From contig JBFXJJ010000016.1 of the NCBI GenBank assembly GCA_050175015.1, positions 1-51,638 on the forward strand: 51,638 bases of DNA, written 5' to 3'. The translations under genes and the position numbers were made by a program. This DNA comes from Alphaproteobacteria bacterium. Lineage in GTDB: Bacteria > Pseudomonadota > Alphaproteobacteria > JBFXJJ01. This document shows, in pieces, positions 35,895-45,128 of the stretch (positions are counted from its first letter, which is position 1; every line of letters starts with the position of its first letter). Below the pieces are notes generated by a model that did no database searches, was not told the DNA's origin, and saw only the letters and a list, made by a program, of their open reading frames with translations.

Positions 35895-36797
35895 TTATGC
35901 TGCCACTTTTATGGTTGATGTGTTTTGCGGCTTTACCTTTTTTTCACGATATAGAATATAGATAGATGAGCCTATAATCATTGCTGAACCAATATAGGTG
36001 TATAAATTAGGAAATTCGTTTAAAAACAAAATACCGAACGCGCTAGCAAATACAATTTGAGAATAATCTAGAGATGACACGATAGTTGCATCACCGTGAT
36101 AAAAAGCTTTTATGGTTGTATATTGTCCTAAAACACTAAGAATGGCGATGAAAACCATAACGAGTGTTTCGTATAACGTTGGCATAACCCAGACAAAGAT
36201 TGAAAAAGGCAGGCACGTTATTGTCGAAGCAATAGAAAACCAAGTAACCATAGCTAAAGGACTTTCGGTTTGCGAGAGTCTTTTGATGTAAATGTGAGTT
36301 ACAGCAAGGAATAAAGATGCAGAGACAGCCCAAAAGGAAGCGGAATTAAAACCGTTAACATCTGGTCGGATAAGAACAACAACGCCGGCAAACCCAAAAA
36401 TGGTTGCTAAGATTCTATGAAAACCACAAGTTTCATTAAGCATAAGATATGCAAGGATAACCATAAAAAGAGGCCGTGCATAAGATATGGAAACAGCATT
36501 AGCCATAGGAATTTTTACGATTACGAAATAAAAAACAATCATATTCGATATTCCAAACAGCAAGCGCATAAAGTAATATTTTATTTTAGTGGTGGCTAGA
36601 AATTTAACCCCTCCGGCTCTCATAATAAGAGGCCATAAAAGCAAAAATTGAACAAAACAGCGAACAAAAGCAATTTCAATTGCAGGCAATCTGAAGCCTA
36701 GTTTTTTCACAAAAAGATTTGCAAGAGAGAAACTGAATGCCGAGGCAATCATCCAAAGACCGCCAGTAATATTTTGTGATAAATTATTTTTCATCAA
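35895..36797 (-). CDS. EamA/DMT family transporter
   Basis: About 10 TM helices; PLFMVILAYLMLNE, GFAGVVVLIRP, LDYSQIVFA...FLNEFP. Confidence 0.9.
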   Translation of the reverse strand: MMKNNLSQNITGGLWMIASAFSFSLANLFVKKLGFRLPAIEIAFVRCFVQFLLLWPLIMRAGGVKFLATTKIKYYFMRLLFGISNMIVFYFVIVKIPMANAVSISYARPLFMVILAYLMLNETCGFHRILATIFGFAGVVVLIRPDVNGFNSASFWAVSASLFLAVTHIYIKRLSQTESPLAMVTWFSIASTITCLPFSIFVWVMPTLYETLVMVFIAILSVLGQYTTIKAFYHGDATIVSSLDYSQIVFASAFGILFLNEFPNLYTYIGSAMIIGSSIYILYREKKVKPQNTSTIKVAA

Positions 36798-36888
36798 TTA
36801 TCCCTATTAAATTCTTGCATTTTTTGGTATTTTGCCAGAAAACAAATAAGTATGATTGTTAATATTTAATAACGGTGGAATCAAGACA

Positions 36889-39525
36889 ATGTTAGAAAAA
36901 AATTGGAATCCTTTAGAGATAGAAAGCAAACTTTATGAAAAATGGGAAAAGAGCGGGGCTTTTGCTTGCGGTGTTAATCAAGGAGCCGAACCTTTTTGTA
37001 TAATGATTCCTCCTCCCAATGTTACGGGCAGTCTTCATATGGGACACGCTTTAGATGATACCTTACAAGATATCTTAGTCAGATATAAAAGAATGAAAGG
37101 CTATGACGTTTTATGGCAGGTAGGAACAGACCACGCAGGAATTGCAACGCAAATGGTTGTCGAGCGTCAGTTAGCCGCTAAGGGTGTTTCAAGGCACGAT
37201 TTAGGACGAGAAGAGTTTGTAAAAAAAGTTTGGGAATGGAAAGCCGAATCGGGCGGAACAATTACCAAGCAATTAAGATGTTTGGGTGCTTCTTTAGATT
37301 GGACCAGAGAACGTTTTACGATGGACGAGGGATTATCTAAAGCCGTACGCAAAGTTTTCGTAACACTTTATAAAGATGGTCTTATTTATCGTGATAAAAG
37401 GCTTGTTAACTGGGATTCTAAATTGCTGACGGCTATTTCTGATTTGGAAGTTGAGCAGAAAGAAGCTATGGGCAAAATGTGGTATTTTAAATATCCTATT
37501 GAAGGCGAGAAGGATAAATTTATTACTGTTGGCACCACTCGTCCTGAAACGATGTTTGGTGATACGGCCGTTGCGGTTCACCCCGATGATGAAAGATACA
37601 AGTCATTGATTGGCAAAAATTGTATTTTGCCGATTATGAATAGAGTTATTCCAATCGTTGCTGACGAATATGCTAATCCAGAAAAAGGAACTGGTGCCGT
37701 TAAGATTACTCCTGCCCACGATTTTAATGATTTTGAGGTTGGCAAGCGCCATAATCTTGAAATGATTAATGTTCTTGATGAGTGTGCCAAACTTAATGAA
37801 AATGCTCCCAAAGCATATTTAGGGCTTACGTGCTTAGATGCTAGGGATAAAGTTGTTGAAGAGATTAAAGCTTTGGGTCTGCTAGAAAAAATAACAGATA
37901 ATCCAATGACTATTCCTTATGGTGATAGGTCGGGAGTTGTAATTGAGCCTTGGCTGACTGATCAATGGTTTGTTGACGCTCCTAAGCTTGCTGTCGCTGC
38001 AATTAAAGCGGTTGAAGATGGTGATATGAAGTTTGTTCCTCAAAACTGGGAAAACACTTATTTTGAGTGGATGCGCAATATGCAGCCGTGGTGTATTTCT
38101 AGGCAGCTTTGGTGGGGACATCAAATTCCTGTATGGTATGGTGATGATGGACAGATATTCTGTGAAGAAACCGAAGAAGAGGCATACGCTGCTGCTGAGA
38201 AACACTATGGTAAAAAAGTTGAACTTAAGAGAGATACCGATGTTTTAGATACTTGGTTTTCTTCTGGCTTATGGCCCTTTTCAACCTTAGGCTGGCCAGA
38301 TAAGACACCAGAGCTTGAACGTTATTATCCAACAAGTGTTTTGGTTACAGGGTTTGATTTAGTCTTCTTCTGGGTTGCTCGTATGATGATGCTAGGTCTT
38401 TATTTTATGAAGCAAGTCCCATTTAAAACCGTTTATTTCCACGCTTTAGTTCGTGATGAAAACGGGCAGAAGATGTCAAAATCAAAGGGTAATGTTATCG
38501 ATCCTTTAGTTATTATGAATAAGTATGGAACAGATTCCTTACGTTTTACTTTGGCGGCAATGACAGCTCAAGGCCGTGATATTGCAATGTCTGAGTCTAG
38601 GGTTGAGGGCTACCGTAATTTTGCAACCAAAATTTGGAATGCTGCAAGGTTCTGCCAGATGAATGATTGCAGCTATGGCGATGATTTTAATCCGAGCAAA
38701 GCTAAACTGCCAATCAATCGCTGGATTTTATCTAAAGCTGAAAAAGCTCGGCAGAAAATTGAAGAAAATCTTGATAACTATCGCTTTAACGAAGCTTCAA
38801 ATGCAATGTATGCTTTTGCTTGGGGCGAATTCTGCGACTGGTATTTAGAAATGGCAAAACCTATTTTTAATAGTGAAGATGCCGCAGCTAAAGCCGAAAC
38901 TAAAGCAACGGCGGCTTATGCTCTTGACCGCATTTTAGTTTTGCTTCACCCTTTTATGCCATTCATCACCGAAGAACTTTGGGGGCAGTTATCAGAAAAC
39001 AGGGCTAAAATGCTTATTTTGAGCGACTGGAGCGATCCTCGTGCGGTTGTTGATGATGAAGCGGAAGATGATTTAGACTGGGTTATAGGTTTTATTACTC
39101 AAATAAGGTCTGTCCGTGTTGAAATGAATGTTCCTCCTTCAGCTAAAATTGGACTTTCTTTTAAAGATATGAATGACCAGTCGAAAAAGCGCTTGAGCGA
39201 TTTTGAGGAGGTCATAAAATCGTTAGCTCGTATCTCTGATATTACAGAAGGAGATGGAGCTAAAGGTTCGGCACAGGCCGTTTATCGTGAAGCTAACCTC
39301 TTTATAGATTTAGCAGGGGCTATCGATTTTGATAAAGAAAAAGAAAGAATCTTAAAAGAAATTACTAAGATTAAAACCGATATTATCAAATTTGATAAAA
39401 AACTTTCCAATGAAAGTTTTGTTAGCAGAGCGCCTAAAGAAGTTGTTGAAGAAGAGAAACGCCGCAAGGAAGAAGCTTTAATGACTTGTTCTAAATTAGA
39501 GGAAGCTTATGCAAGGCTAAATTAG
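36889..39525 (+). CDS. valS: Valine--tRNA ligase
   Basis: PPPNVTGSLHMGH, WCISRQLWWGH, KMSKS, C-terminal coiled coil. Start set at the ATG at 36889. Confidence 0.98.
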   Translation: MLEKNWNPLEIESKLYEKWEKSGAFACGVNQGAEPFCIMIPPPNVTGSLHMGHALDDTLQDILVRYKRMKGYDVLWQVGTDHAGIATQMVVERQLAAKGVSRHDLGREEFVKKVWEWKAESGGTITKQLRCLGASLDWTRERFTMDEGLSKAVRKVFVTLYKDGLIYRDKRLVNWDSKLLTAISDLEVEQKEAMGKMWYFKYPIEGEKDKFITVGTTRPETMFGDTAVAVHPDDERYKSLIGKNCILPIMNRVIPIVADEYANPEKGTGAVKITPAHDFNDFEVGKRHNLEMINVLDECAKLNENAPKAYLGLTCLDARDKVVEEIKALGLLEKITDNPMTIPYGDRSGVVIEPWLTDQWFVDAPKLAVAAIKAVEDGDMKFVPQNWENTYFEWMRNMQPWCISRQLWWGHQIPVWYGDDGQIFCEETEEEAYAAAEKHYGKKVELKRDTDVLDTWFSSGLWPFSTLGWPDKTPELERYYPTSVLVTGFDLVFFWVARMMMLGLYFMKQVPFKTVYFHALVRDENGQKMSKSKGNVIDPLVIMNKYGTDSLRFTLAAMTAQGRDIAMSESRVEGYRNFATKIWNAARFCQMNDCSYGDDFNPSKAKLPINRWILSKAEKARQKIEENLDNYRFNEASNAMYAFAWGEFCDWYLEMAKPIFNSEDAAAKAETKATAAYALDRILVLLHPFMPFITEELWGQLSENRAKMLILSDWSDPRAVVDDEAEDDLDWVIGFITQIRSVRVEMNVPPSAKIGLSFKDMNDQSKKRLSDFEEVIKSLARISDITEGDGAKGSAQAVYREANLFIDLAGAIDFDKEKERILKEITKIKTDIIKFDKKLSNESFVSRAPKEVVEEEKRRKEEALMTCSKLEEAYARLN

Positions 39526-39767
39526 ATAATTTAAGAAACTATAAAATGATTATATTATAGTTGTCCGCGTTTTTTGTGTGTTAGAGCAAGGTACATTTGA
39601 ATGGACATTGCTCTAAGACTAGAATTTGGCATCAGTTTAGCGTTTTGTTTGATATTTATATTAGTTGGAGCTTAGTTATTTAAAGTAAATTTTCTTATGA
39701 AAAATGAGAAATAATTATCTTAAATTGTTATACTAAATAACGTCTCTTACTAAATAAGGAAGTTAAA

Positions 39768-40313
39768 ATGAGAAGCATAGCAAGCATAAAGAATAAAAGT
39801 TATAAAAATTCTCCCAAATCAAACCTTTGGTTTTCACGTGTTTTTTTAGTGGTTGGAGTTGTTTTGTTTAGCTTTGGAGCTAAAGAATTTGTTAAAGCTA
39901 GGGAAAGTGTTGACTGGTTGAATGTTCCTGGAAAAATAATATCATCTACGCTTGATGTTCATAGAAGCGTTGGTACTTCTTCTAATACGACATATGAGGC
40001 TGAAGTTTTATATGAATATGAAGTTGATGGCGTTGTTTATAATAACAACAACGTTGCCTATGGATTTTACAGCTCAAGCAGTCCTGCTAATCCCAGAAAA
40101 ATAGTCAATCGTTATCCTAAGGATAAACAAGTCGTTGTGTATTTTAAACCAGACAAACCAGAAGAAAGTGTGCTAGAAACAGGTATTCAAATGCAGACTT
40201 TGTTTACACCAATATTAGGGGCATTATTTATTTTTGTCGGTCTTTGGTGGGCTAAGGTTTCGAAAAGACAGATAGCAGAGCAAGAGAATAATTGCGAAGA
40301 TATCAATGTCTGA
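39768..40313 (+). CDS. DUF3592-like protein
   Basis: TM, then W..VPGKIISS...YEYEVDG..Y...VYFKPDKPEESVLE, then TM. Confidence 0.8.
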   Translation: MRSIASIKNKSYKNSPKSNLWFSRVFLVVGVVLFSFGAKEFVKARESVDWLNVPGKIISSTLDVHRSVGTSSNTTYEAEVLYEYEVDGVVYNNNNVAYGFYSSSSPANPRKIVNRYPKDKQVVVYFKPDKPEESVLETGIQMQTLFTPILGALFIFVGLWWAKVSKRQIAEQENNCEDINV

Positions 40314-40866
40314 AACGTTAGAAGAAAAAATAAAAAGAGTTACTCAGGAAGAAGTAGCAATTACAGCTTATAATTCTGACTGGATAAAGCTTTTTGAAGA
40401 AGAAAAAAAACATTTGATAGATTGTCTGCCTAAAGAATTGCTTATCAGGATAGAGCATTTTGGTTCAACCTCAGTTCAAGGGCTTGCCGCGAAGCCTATT
40501 GTCGATATGGTAATTGAAATCACTGACGAGCTTTTAGGAAAAGAGATTATTCCTCAGATTTTGGAACCGCAAGGCTATGATTGTTTTTGGAGACCTTTAG
40601 GCAACGAAAATGTTCCTCCGTTCTTTACTTGGTGCATTAAAAGAAATGAAGCAGGGGTAAGAACACATCATCTTCATTTTGTTACCAAAGGATTCAAAGA
40701 TGATGAGCTAAAGTTTAGAGATATTTTAAGAGCCAATCCTGAAACCGCTAATGATTATGCCAATCTAAAAAAGAGCTTAGCCTCAAAGTTTAAAGACAAT
40801 CGTATAAAATATACTGAATCTAAAGGTGATTTTATAAGAGAAGTGATGTCATCATATAAAGATTGA
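40306..40866 (+). CDS. GrpB/UPF0157 family protein (nucleotidyltransferase fold)
   Basis: IEHFGSTSVQGLAAKPIVD, RTHHLH, FRDILR, YANLK, YTESK. Confidence 0.92.
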   Translation: MSETLEEKIKRVTQEEVAITAYNSDWIKLFEEEKKHLIDCLPKELLIRIEHFGSTSVQGLAAKPIVDMVIEITDELLGKEIIPQILEPQGYDCFWRPLGNENVPPFFTWCIKRNEAGVRTHHLHFVTKGFKDDELKFRDILRANPETANDYANLKKSLASKFKDNRIKYTESKGDFIREVMSSYKD

Positions 40867-40887
40867 TGCTTTTTGAAAGAACATAAA

Positions 40888-41505
40888 ATGGAACAAAAAA
40901 AGAGAATGATTGCGGGATTACCATATAAATCTTGGTTTGGGGTTTTACCTAAAGAAAGGACTAGAAACAAAAAACTTATATATAAATATAATAACTGCTG
41001 TCCTGATAATAAGAAAAAAATTGATAAATTAATACGAAAAATTTTAGGAAAAACGGGAGAAAAAGTTCATATAGAAGCTCCTTTTTATTGTGATTATGGT
41101 TACAATATTGAGGTTGGAGAGGAATTTTATGCAAACTATAACTGCACAATATTAGATGTAGCTAAAGTTCGTATTGGCAATAACGTAATGTTTGCTCCTA
41201 ATGTTTCGATATATACCGCAGGGCATCCGATACATCCAGAAGCAAGAAATTCGGGATATGAATATGGTATAGAAGTTGTTATTGGCGATAATGTATGGTT
41301 AGGCGGGGGAGTTATAATAAACCCAGGAGTTACAATCGGTGATAATGTTGTTATAGGTTCAGGCAGTGTTGTTACAAAAAACATTCCAAGCAATGTAATA
41401 GCGGCAGGTAATCCTTGTAAAGTTATAAGAGAAATTACTGATGAGGATAAACATTATTACTATAAAGATAGAAAGTTTGATGTTAGTGATTACTGCAGCA
41501 ACTAG
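40888..41505 (+). CDS. Sugar (maltose/galactoside) O-acetyltransferase
   Basis: PFYCDYGYNI, APNVSIYTAGHP, IGDNVWLGG, AGNPCKVIREI. Start set at the ATG at 40888. Confidence 0.92.
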   Translation: MEQKKRMIAGLPYKSWFGVLPKERTRNKKLIYKYNNCCPDNKKKIDKLIRKILGKTGEKVHIEAPFYCDYGYNIEVGEEFYANYNCTILDVAKVRIGNNVMFAPNVSIYTAGHPIHPEARNSGYEYGIEVVIGDNVWLGGGVIINPGVTIGDNVVIGSGSVVTKNIPSNVIAAGNPCKVIREITDEDKHYYYKDRKFDVSDYCSN

Positions 41506-41616
41506 TGTTATGGCGCTTGGTAAAAATATTTTTACCTCTAGCTTTTGTTTATGTGCCATTGGCTAGATGTTTTAAGGCATAACTGTAAAGTTTTGGTAAT
41601 GTTTAAATATTGAGTT

Positions 41617-42267
41617 TTAAAAACAAAAAATACTGCTTAAATATTTTATTAGTCTGTCAAAAAACAGCTCCATTTCCACTTCTGATAAATCATCTATGTT
41701 TTCTTCAAACATTAATTTTTCTTCTTGTGGAAGTATAGTGATAAGTTCTTTCTTTGTGGGTATATATTTTTCAGTATCTAAATATATTAAAGCTTGAAAT
41801 AAAAAGAATAGGGATTTTAATGCGGCTTTTAAATTGTCATAAGTTTGGTCATACAAGTAGCTGTGAACTACCATATGGTATAAGTTGGCACTTGAAGTTT
41901 TAATATAGCTTTCTATATCTTGTTTCGTAATTGATGGGATAAGATTGTCAAGAGATCCTAAGATAGGCATAGTGTCTTTTTGAAATAGGAATATATCCAT
42001 TTTAGGCCAGTTTTTCAGCTCATTTTTACCAGCGATAAAGCCGCAAGCTTTTTCATTTTCAGGCATAGCTTTTATTATTTGCTTGTATTTCTTTAAATCT
42101 TCAATATTTAATCGATCTAAAATAACGACAACATCAATATCACTAGTAGGCTTAGCTTCACCCCTTTTATAACTTCCCTGCAAACCAATAAATAGCAGTC
42201 TGTTATCAAACGTTTCTTGAAGTTTATTTGATAAATCGTTAATCCAATCATTTACATTAAAAGTCAT
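41617..42267 (-). CDS. Pol-beta-type nucleotidyltransferase domain protein
   Basis: GLQGSYKRGEAKPTSDIDVVV (GS...DxD); ATG at 42267 after GGAG. Confidence 0.88.
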   Translation of the reverse strand: MTFNVNDWINDLSNKLQETFDNRLLFIGLQGSYKRGEAKPTSDIDVVVILDRLNIEDLKKYKQIIKAMPENEKACGFIAGKNELKNWPKMDIFLFQKDTMPILGSLDNLIPSITKQDIESYIKTSSANLYHMVVHSYLYDQTYDNLKAALKSLFFLFQALIYLDTEKYIPTKKELITILPQEEKLMFEENIDDLSEVEMELFFDRLIKYLSSIFCF

Positions 42268-42591
42268 AAGATTCTCCAAAAATAAGCTCTAATTTTTATA
42301 GTGTTTTATGCTCAGAAAAGATAATTAGTTAGAATGAAATTTAAAATTTAAAAAAGAATGTTTTATCATAAAATCGCCAATTTTTATGATATTGTGGTTT
42401 AAATTAAATAAAGGTTAAAAAAATAATTTTATCAATAAATTGATTTTTTAACTAAAAAATGAAATGAAGACATATAATTAAAACGTAGCTTTTTGATGTC
42501 GTTTTTTTGCAAGGTAAAACACTGGTTGTGGGCTTAAAATTATTTTAATTCTATGATAAGATTACTATTTAAAAAGGGCTCTTCTAGGAAC

Positions 42592-42618
42592 AAAAAAACA
42601 CCCAATAGGGTGCTTTTT
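42592..42618 (-). terminator. Terminator after tRNA-Ala
   Basis: Minus strand reads GCACCC-TATT-GGGTGT followed by a T tract. Confidence 0.8.
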
Positions 42619-42625
42619 AGTTAAA

Positions 42626-42701
42626 TGGTGGAGCTGAGGGGAATCGAACCCCTGACCTATTGATTGCGAACCAATCGCTCTCCCAACTGAGCTACAGCCC
42701 C
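42626..42701 (-). tRNA. tRNA-Ala(CGC)
   Basis: GGGGCTGTAGCTCAG...ATTGG-TTCGCAA-TCAAT...GGTTCGATTCC...CAGCTCCACCA; G3:U70 alanine identity pair. Confidence 0.97.
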
Positions 42702-43007
42702 ATAAAACTTTTTGATATTATATTCAATATTACGAATAAGTTTTTAGTCAAGTAAAAACTATATAACATATCCTTAACATAGGTATAATTTATTGAAATA
42801 AGAAAAAAATATGAAGATAGAAGTTTCTGACAAGTTCATAAAAAAACTATTATATAGGATTTTATAAGTTTCTTTTTTGCTGCTTAGCGGTGATATCATC
42901 GTTAGATGTCTTGGCTAAAAGTTATAATGCTTTAGAGTAATAGGAAAAGGTTAGGGCTTTTGAATATTTTAAGTCTATATAATTATTGAAATAATCTAAT
43001 TTAAAGT

Positions 43008-43043
43008 AAAAGGGCGGTTATCCTTACGGACAACCACCCTCTT
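43008..43043 (-). terminator. Intrinsic terminator with a GTAA tetraloop
   Basis: Minus strand reads AGGGTGGTTGTCC-GTAA-GGATAACCGCCCT-TTT. Confidence 0.85.
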
Positions 43044-43070
43044 ACCCTTGGGGAAGCTCTTTAATAGATT

Positions 43071-43748
43071 TTAGAAAATTTTATCTAAGATCCCTTTTTT
43101 TTTACCTTTTTCAGTATCAGATGCATCTTTTGAGTTTGTATCATCGCTGATAGCAGCATCTTTGTTTGCACTTTGGCGCATTTTAATTTTTTTGATACTG
43201 TCTTTGATCTGTCTTAAATCGTCATCAGTCAAACTATCAACATCAATACCTTGTTGTTCTAAGTATTTATTGAGTCTTTCAAGTCTATCTTGACGTTTGG
43301 CTTCAAACTGCTCTCTTTTAGCTTTCATTTGAGCTTCTATAGCTGCATGACAAGCATTGCATTGTGTTTGAGCTTCAGCTGGAAGTTCACTGATAAGTTT
43401 TTCCATACGTTCTTTACGTTGTTTGCCGTTGCCTCTTCCTTGGCCTTGAGCGAATTGAGAACCTGATCCATCTTGACCTGGGCCTCTCATCATCATGCCA
43501 AATCTTCTACCCATACCACGACCTTGACCAAAACCTTGACCACATCCCTGTCCAAAGCATTGATCATCAAAATCTGGAGGAGGGGCAAAACCGTCATCTC
43601 CAAAATTTGGAGGAGGTGGAGGCGCATCAAATGATGTGTCGTTGTTGGCTGGAGCGCTGTCTTCCTGAGTCATAGCAGGAATGGCAAAAGTAATAATTGA
43701 TAAAGTTAATGCTGTAGCAATTACTTTTTTATTTAATAAATTGGACAT
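43071..43748 (-). CDS. Secreted Pro/Gly-rich helical protein with CxxCH, paralog A
   Basis: Signal peptide, PPPPP, GQG repeats, KERMEKLISELPAEAQTQCNACHAAI; AAGGAGG RBS. Confidence 0.85.
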   Translation of the reverse strand: MSNLLNKKVIATALTLSIITFAIPAMTQEDSAPANNDTSFDAPPPPPNFGDDGFAPPPDFDDQCFGQGCGQGFGQGRGMGRRFGMMMRGPGQDGSGSQFAQGQGRGNGKQRKERMEKLISELPAEAQTQCNACHAAIEAQMKAKREQFEAKRQDRLERLNKYLEQQGIDVDSLTDDDLRQIKDSIKKIKMRQSANKDAAISDDTNSKDASDTEKGKKKGILDKIF

Positions 43749-43792
43749 GTAAACCTCCTTAGAAAATTTTGTACTATATTTAGTTAAACATA

Positions 43793-43846
43793 TTAAAGTA
43801 TCAGAATTATTTCACCATAAGGTGATATTTGTAACATATAGTAACA
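43793..43846. promoter_or_regulatory. Promoter module copy 1: 22-nt block plus GTAAC-N5-GTAAC (OmpR/CpxR-type box)
   Basis: TTAAAGTATCAGAATTATTTCA, then GTAACATATAGTAACA starting 38 nt after the block start. Confidence 0.7.
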
Positions 43847-43877
43847 GTCTTAAATTTATATGTTTAAGTTTGTACTT

Positions 43878-44312
43878 CTATTGTTGTTGACGTTGACTCT
43901 GTTTTTCCTTGATACGTTCACTAATAGCAGCATTACAGGCATTGCATTGAGTTTGAGCTTCTTCGGAAAGTTCATTTATAATCTTTTCCATGCGTTCTTT
44001 GCCGTTTCCTCTTTTGCCTTTACCTCGCCCTTTGCTGCTTGAACTTGAGCTGGAGCTAGAGCTAGAGGTGGAGCTGCTGTCATCACTGCTTTCGTCATAG
44101 CTTTCGCTGTCTTCGCTATTATAATTTTGGCTATCAGAGTTGCCGCCGCGCATTCTTGGGCCTCTGCCGCCAAAATCTGGGGGAGGTGGTGGGGCGTCAT
44201 AGCCGCTGTCGTCATAAGATTCATAGTCTTGAGCAGTTGCAGGTGTTGCAAATGTTAATACAGATAAAGCTAAAGCTGCTGTAACTAATTTTTTGTTTAG
44301 TTGAATTGACAT
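43878..44312 (-). CDS. Secreted Pro/Ser-rich protein with CxxCN, paralog B
   Basis: Signal peptide similar to paralog A, DAPPPPP, poly-Ser, KERMEKIINELSEEAQTQCNACNAAI. Confidence 0.85.
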   Translation of the reverse strand: MSIQLNKKLVTAALALSVLTFATPATAQDYESYDDSGYDAPPPPPDFGGRGPRMRGGNSDSQNYNSEDSESYDESSDDSSSTSSSSSSSSSSSKGRGKGKRGNGKERMEKIINELSEEAQTQCNACNAAISERIKEKQSQRQQQ

Positions 44313-44360
44313 AATTATAACCTCATTTTAAGTTTTTGAAGATAACTTTATTAAAACATG

Positions 44361-44414
44361 TTAAAGTATCAAAATTATTTCATAAAACAGGGATAATTGT
44401 AACAAATGGTAACA
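44361..44414. promoter_or_regulatory. Promoter module copy 2, overlapping the response-regulator start codon
   Basis: TTAAAGTATCAAAATTATTTCA (21/22 identical to copy 1), then GTAACAAATGGTAACA at the same 38-nt offset. Confidence 0.7.
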
Positions 44415-45128
44415 GCACTTAAAAAACCGCATATTTTGGTTGTTGATGATGACTTTGAAATTAGAGAACTTCTGCAAAGTTTTTTACAGAAACACGATTT
44501 TAAAGTTTCCATTGCCAAAGATGGTAAGGAATTATTTTCTCTGTTAGAAAACAAAGATATAGATTTAATCGTTTTAGATTTAATGCTTCCAGGTGAAAGT
44601 GGTTTGGTTATTACAAAAAGGCTCAGAGAAAAGAGCAATCTCCCAATTATTATGTTAACGGCGGTAGGGGAAGATGTTGATAAGATTGTTGGTTTAGAAA
44701 TGGGAGTTGACGATTATATGGCAAAGCCCTTTAACCCTAGAGAACTTGTTGCCAGAATAAGAACGGTCTTAAGACGAACAGAAAACCAGATTGCTGTTTT
44801 TAATGATAATTCTGAGAAAATTCCATTTGCAAATTTTAAATTAGATACCTCATTAAGGGCTCTTATTGACAATAGCGGGCAAAGAGTTGATATAAGTTCG
44901 GGAGATTTTGATTTGCTTTTAGCTTTTGCTAAAAATCCTAAAAGGGTTTTATCAAGAGATTATCTGCTTGATATAGCAAAAGGCAGAGATGCACAGCTTT
45001 TTGATCGTTCAATTGATATTCAGATTAGCAGGCTGCGCCGAAAAATAGGAGATAATCCAAAAAAACCATCAATAATTATAACTGTTAGGGGTTGTGGTTA
45101 TATGTTTAACCCAAGTACTGATATATGA
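44406..45128 (+). CDS. OmpR-family response regulator
   Basis: ILVVDDD, DLMLPG, KPFNPREL, winged helix DRSIDIQISRLRRKI...TVRGCGY. Confidence 0.96.
   Translation: MVTALKKPHILVVDDDFEIRELLQSFLQKHDFKVSIAKDGKELFSLLENKDIDLIVLDLMLPGESGLVITKRLREKSNLPIIMLTAVGEDVDKIVGLEMGVDDYMAKPFNPRELVARIRTVLRRTENQIAVFNDNSEKIPFANFKLDTSLRALIDNSGQRVDISSGDFDLLLAFAKNPKRVLSRDYLLDIAKGRDAQLFDRSIDIQISRLRRKIGDNPKKPSIIITVRGCGYMFNPSTDI

Noticed and set aside
42811-42940. Short ORF fragments upstream of tRNA-Ala (MKIEVSDKFIKKLLYRIL*)
   Set aside because: Too short, no recognisable similarity, and not distinguishable from random AT-rich sequence.
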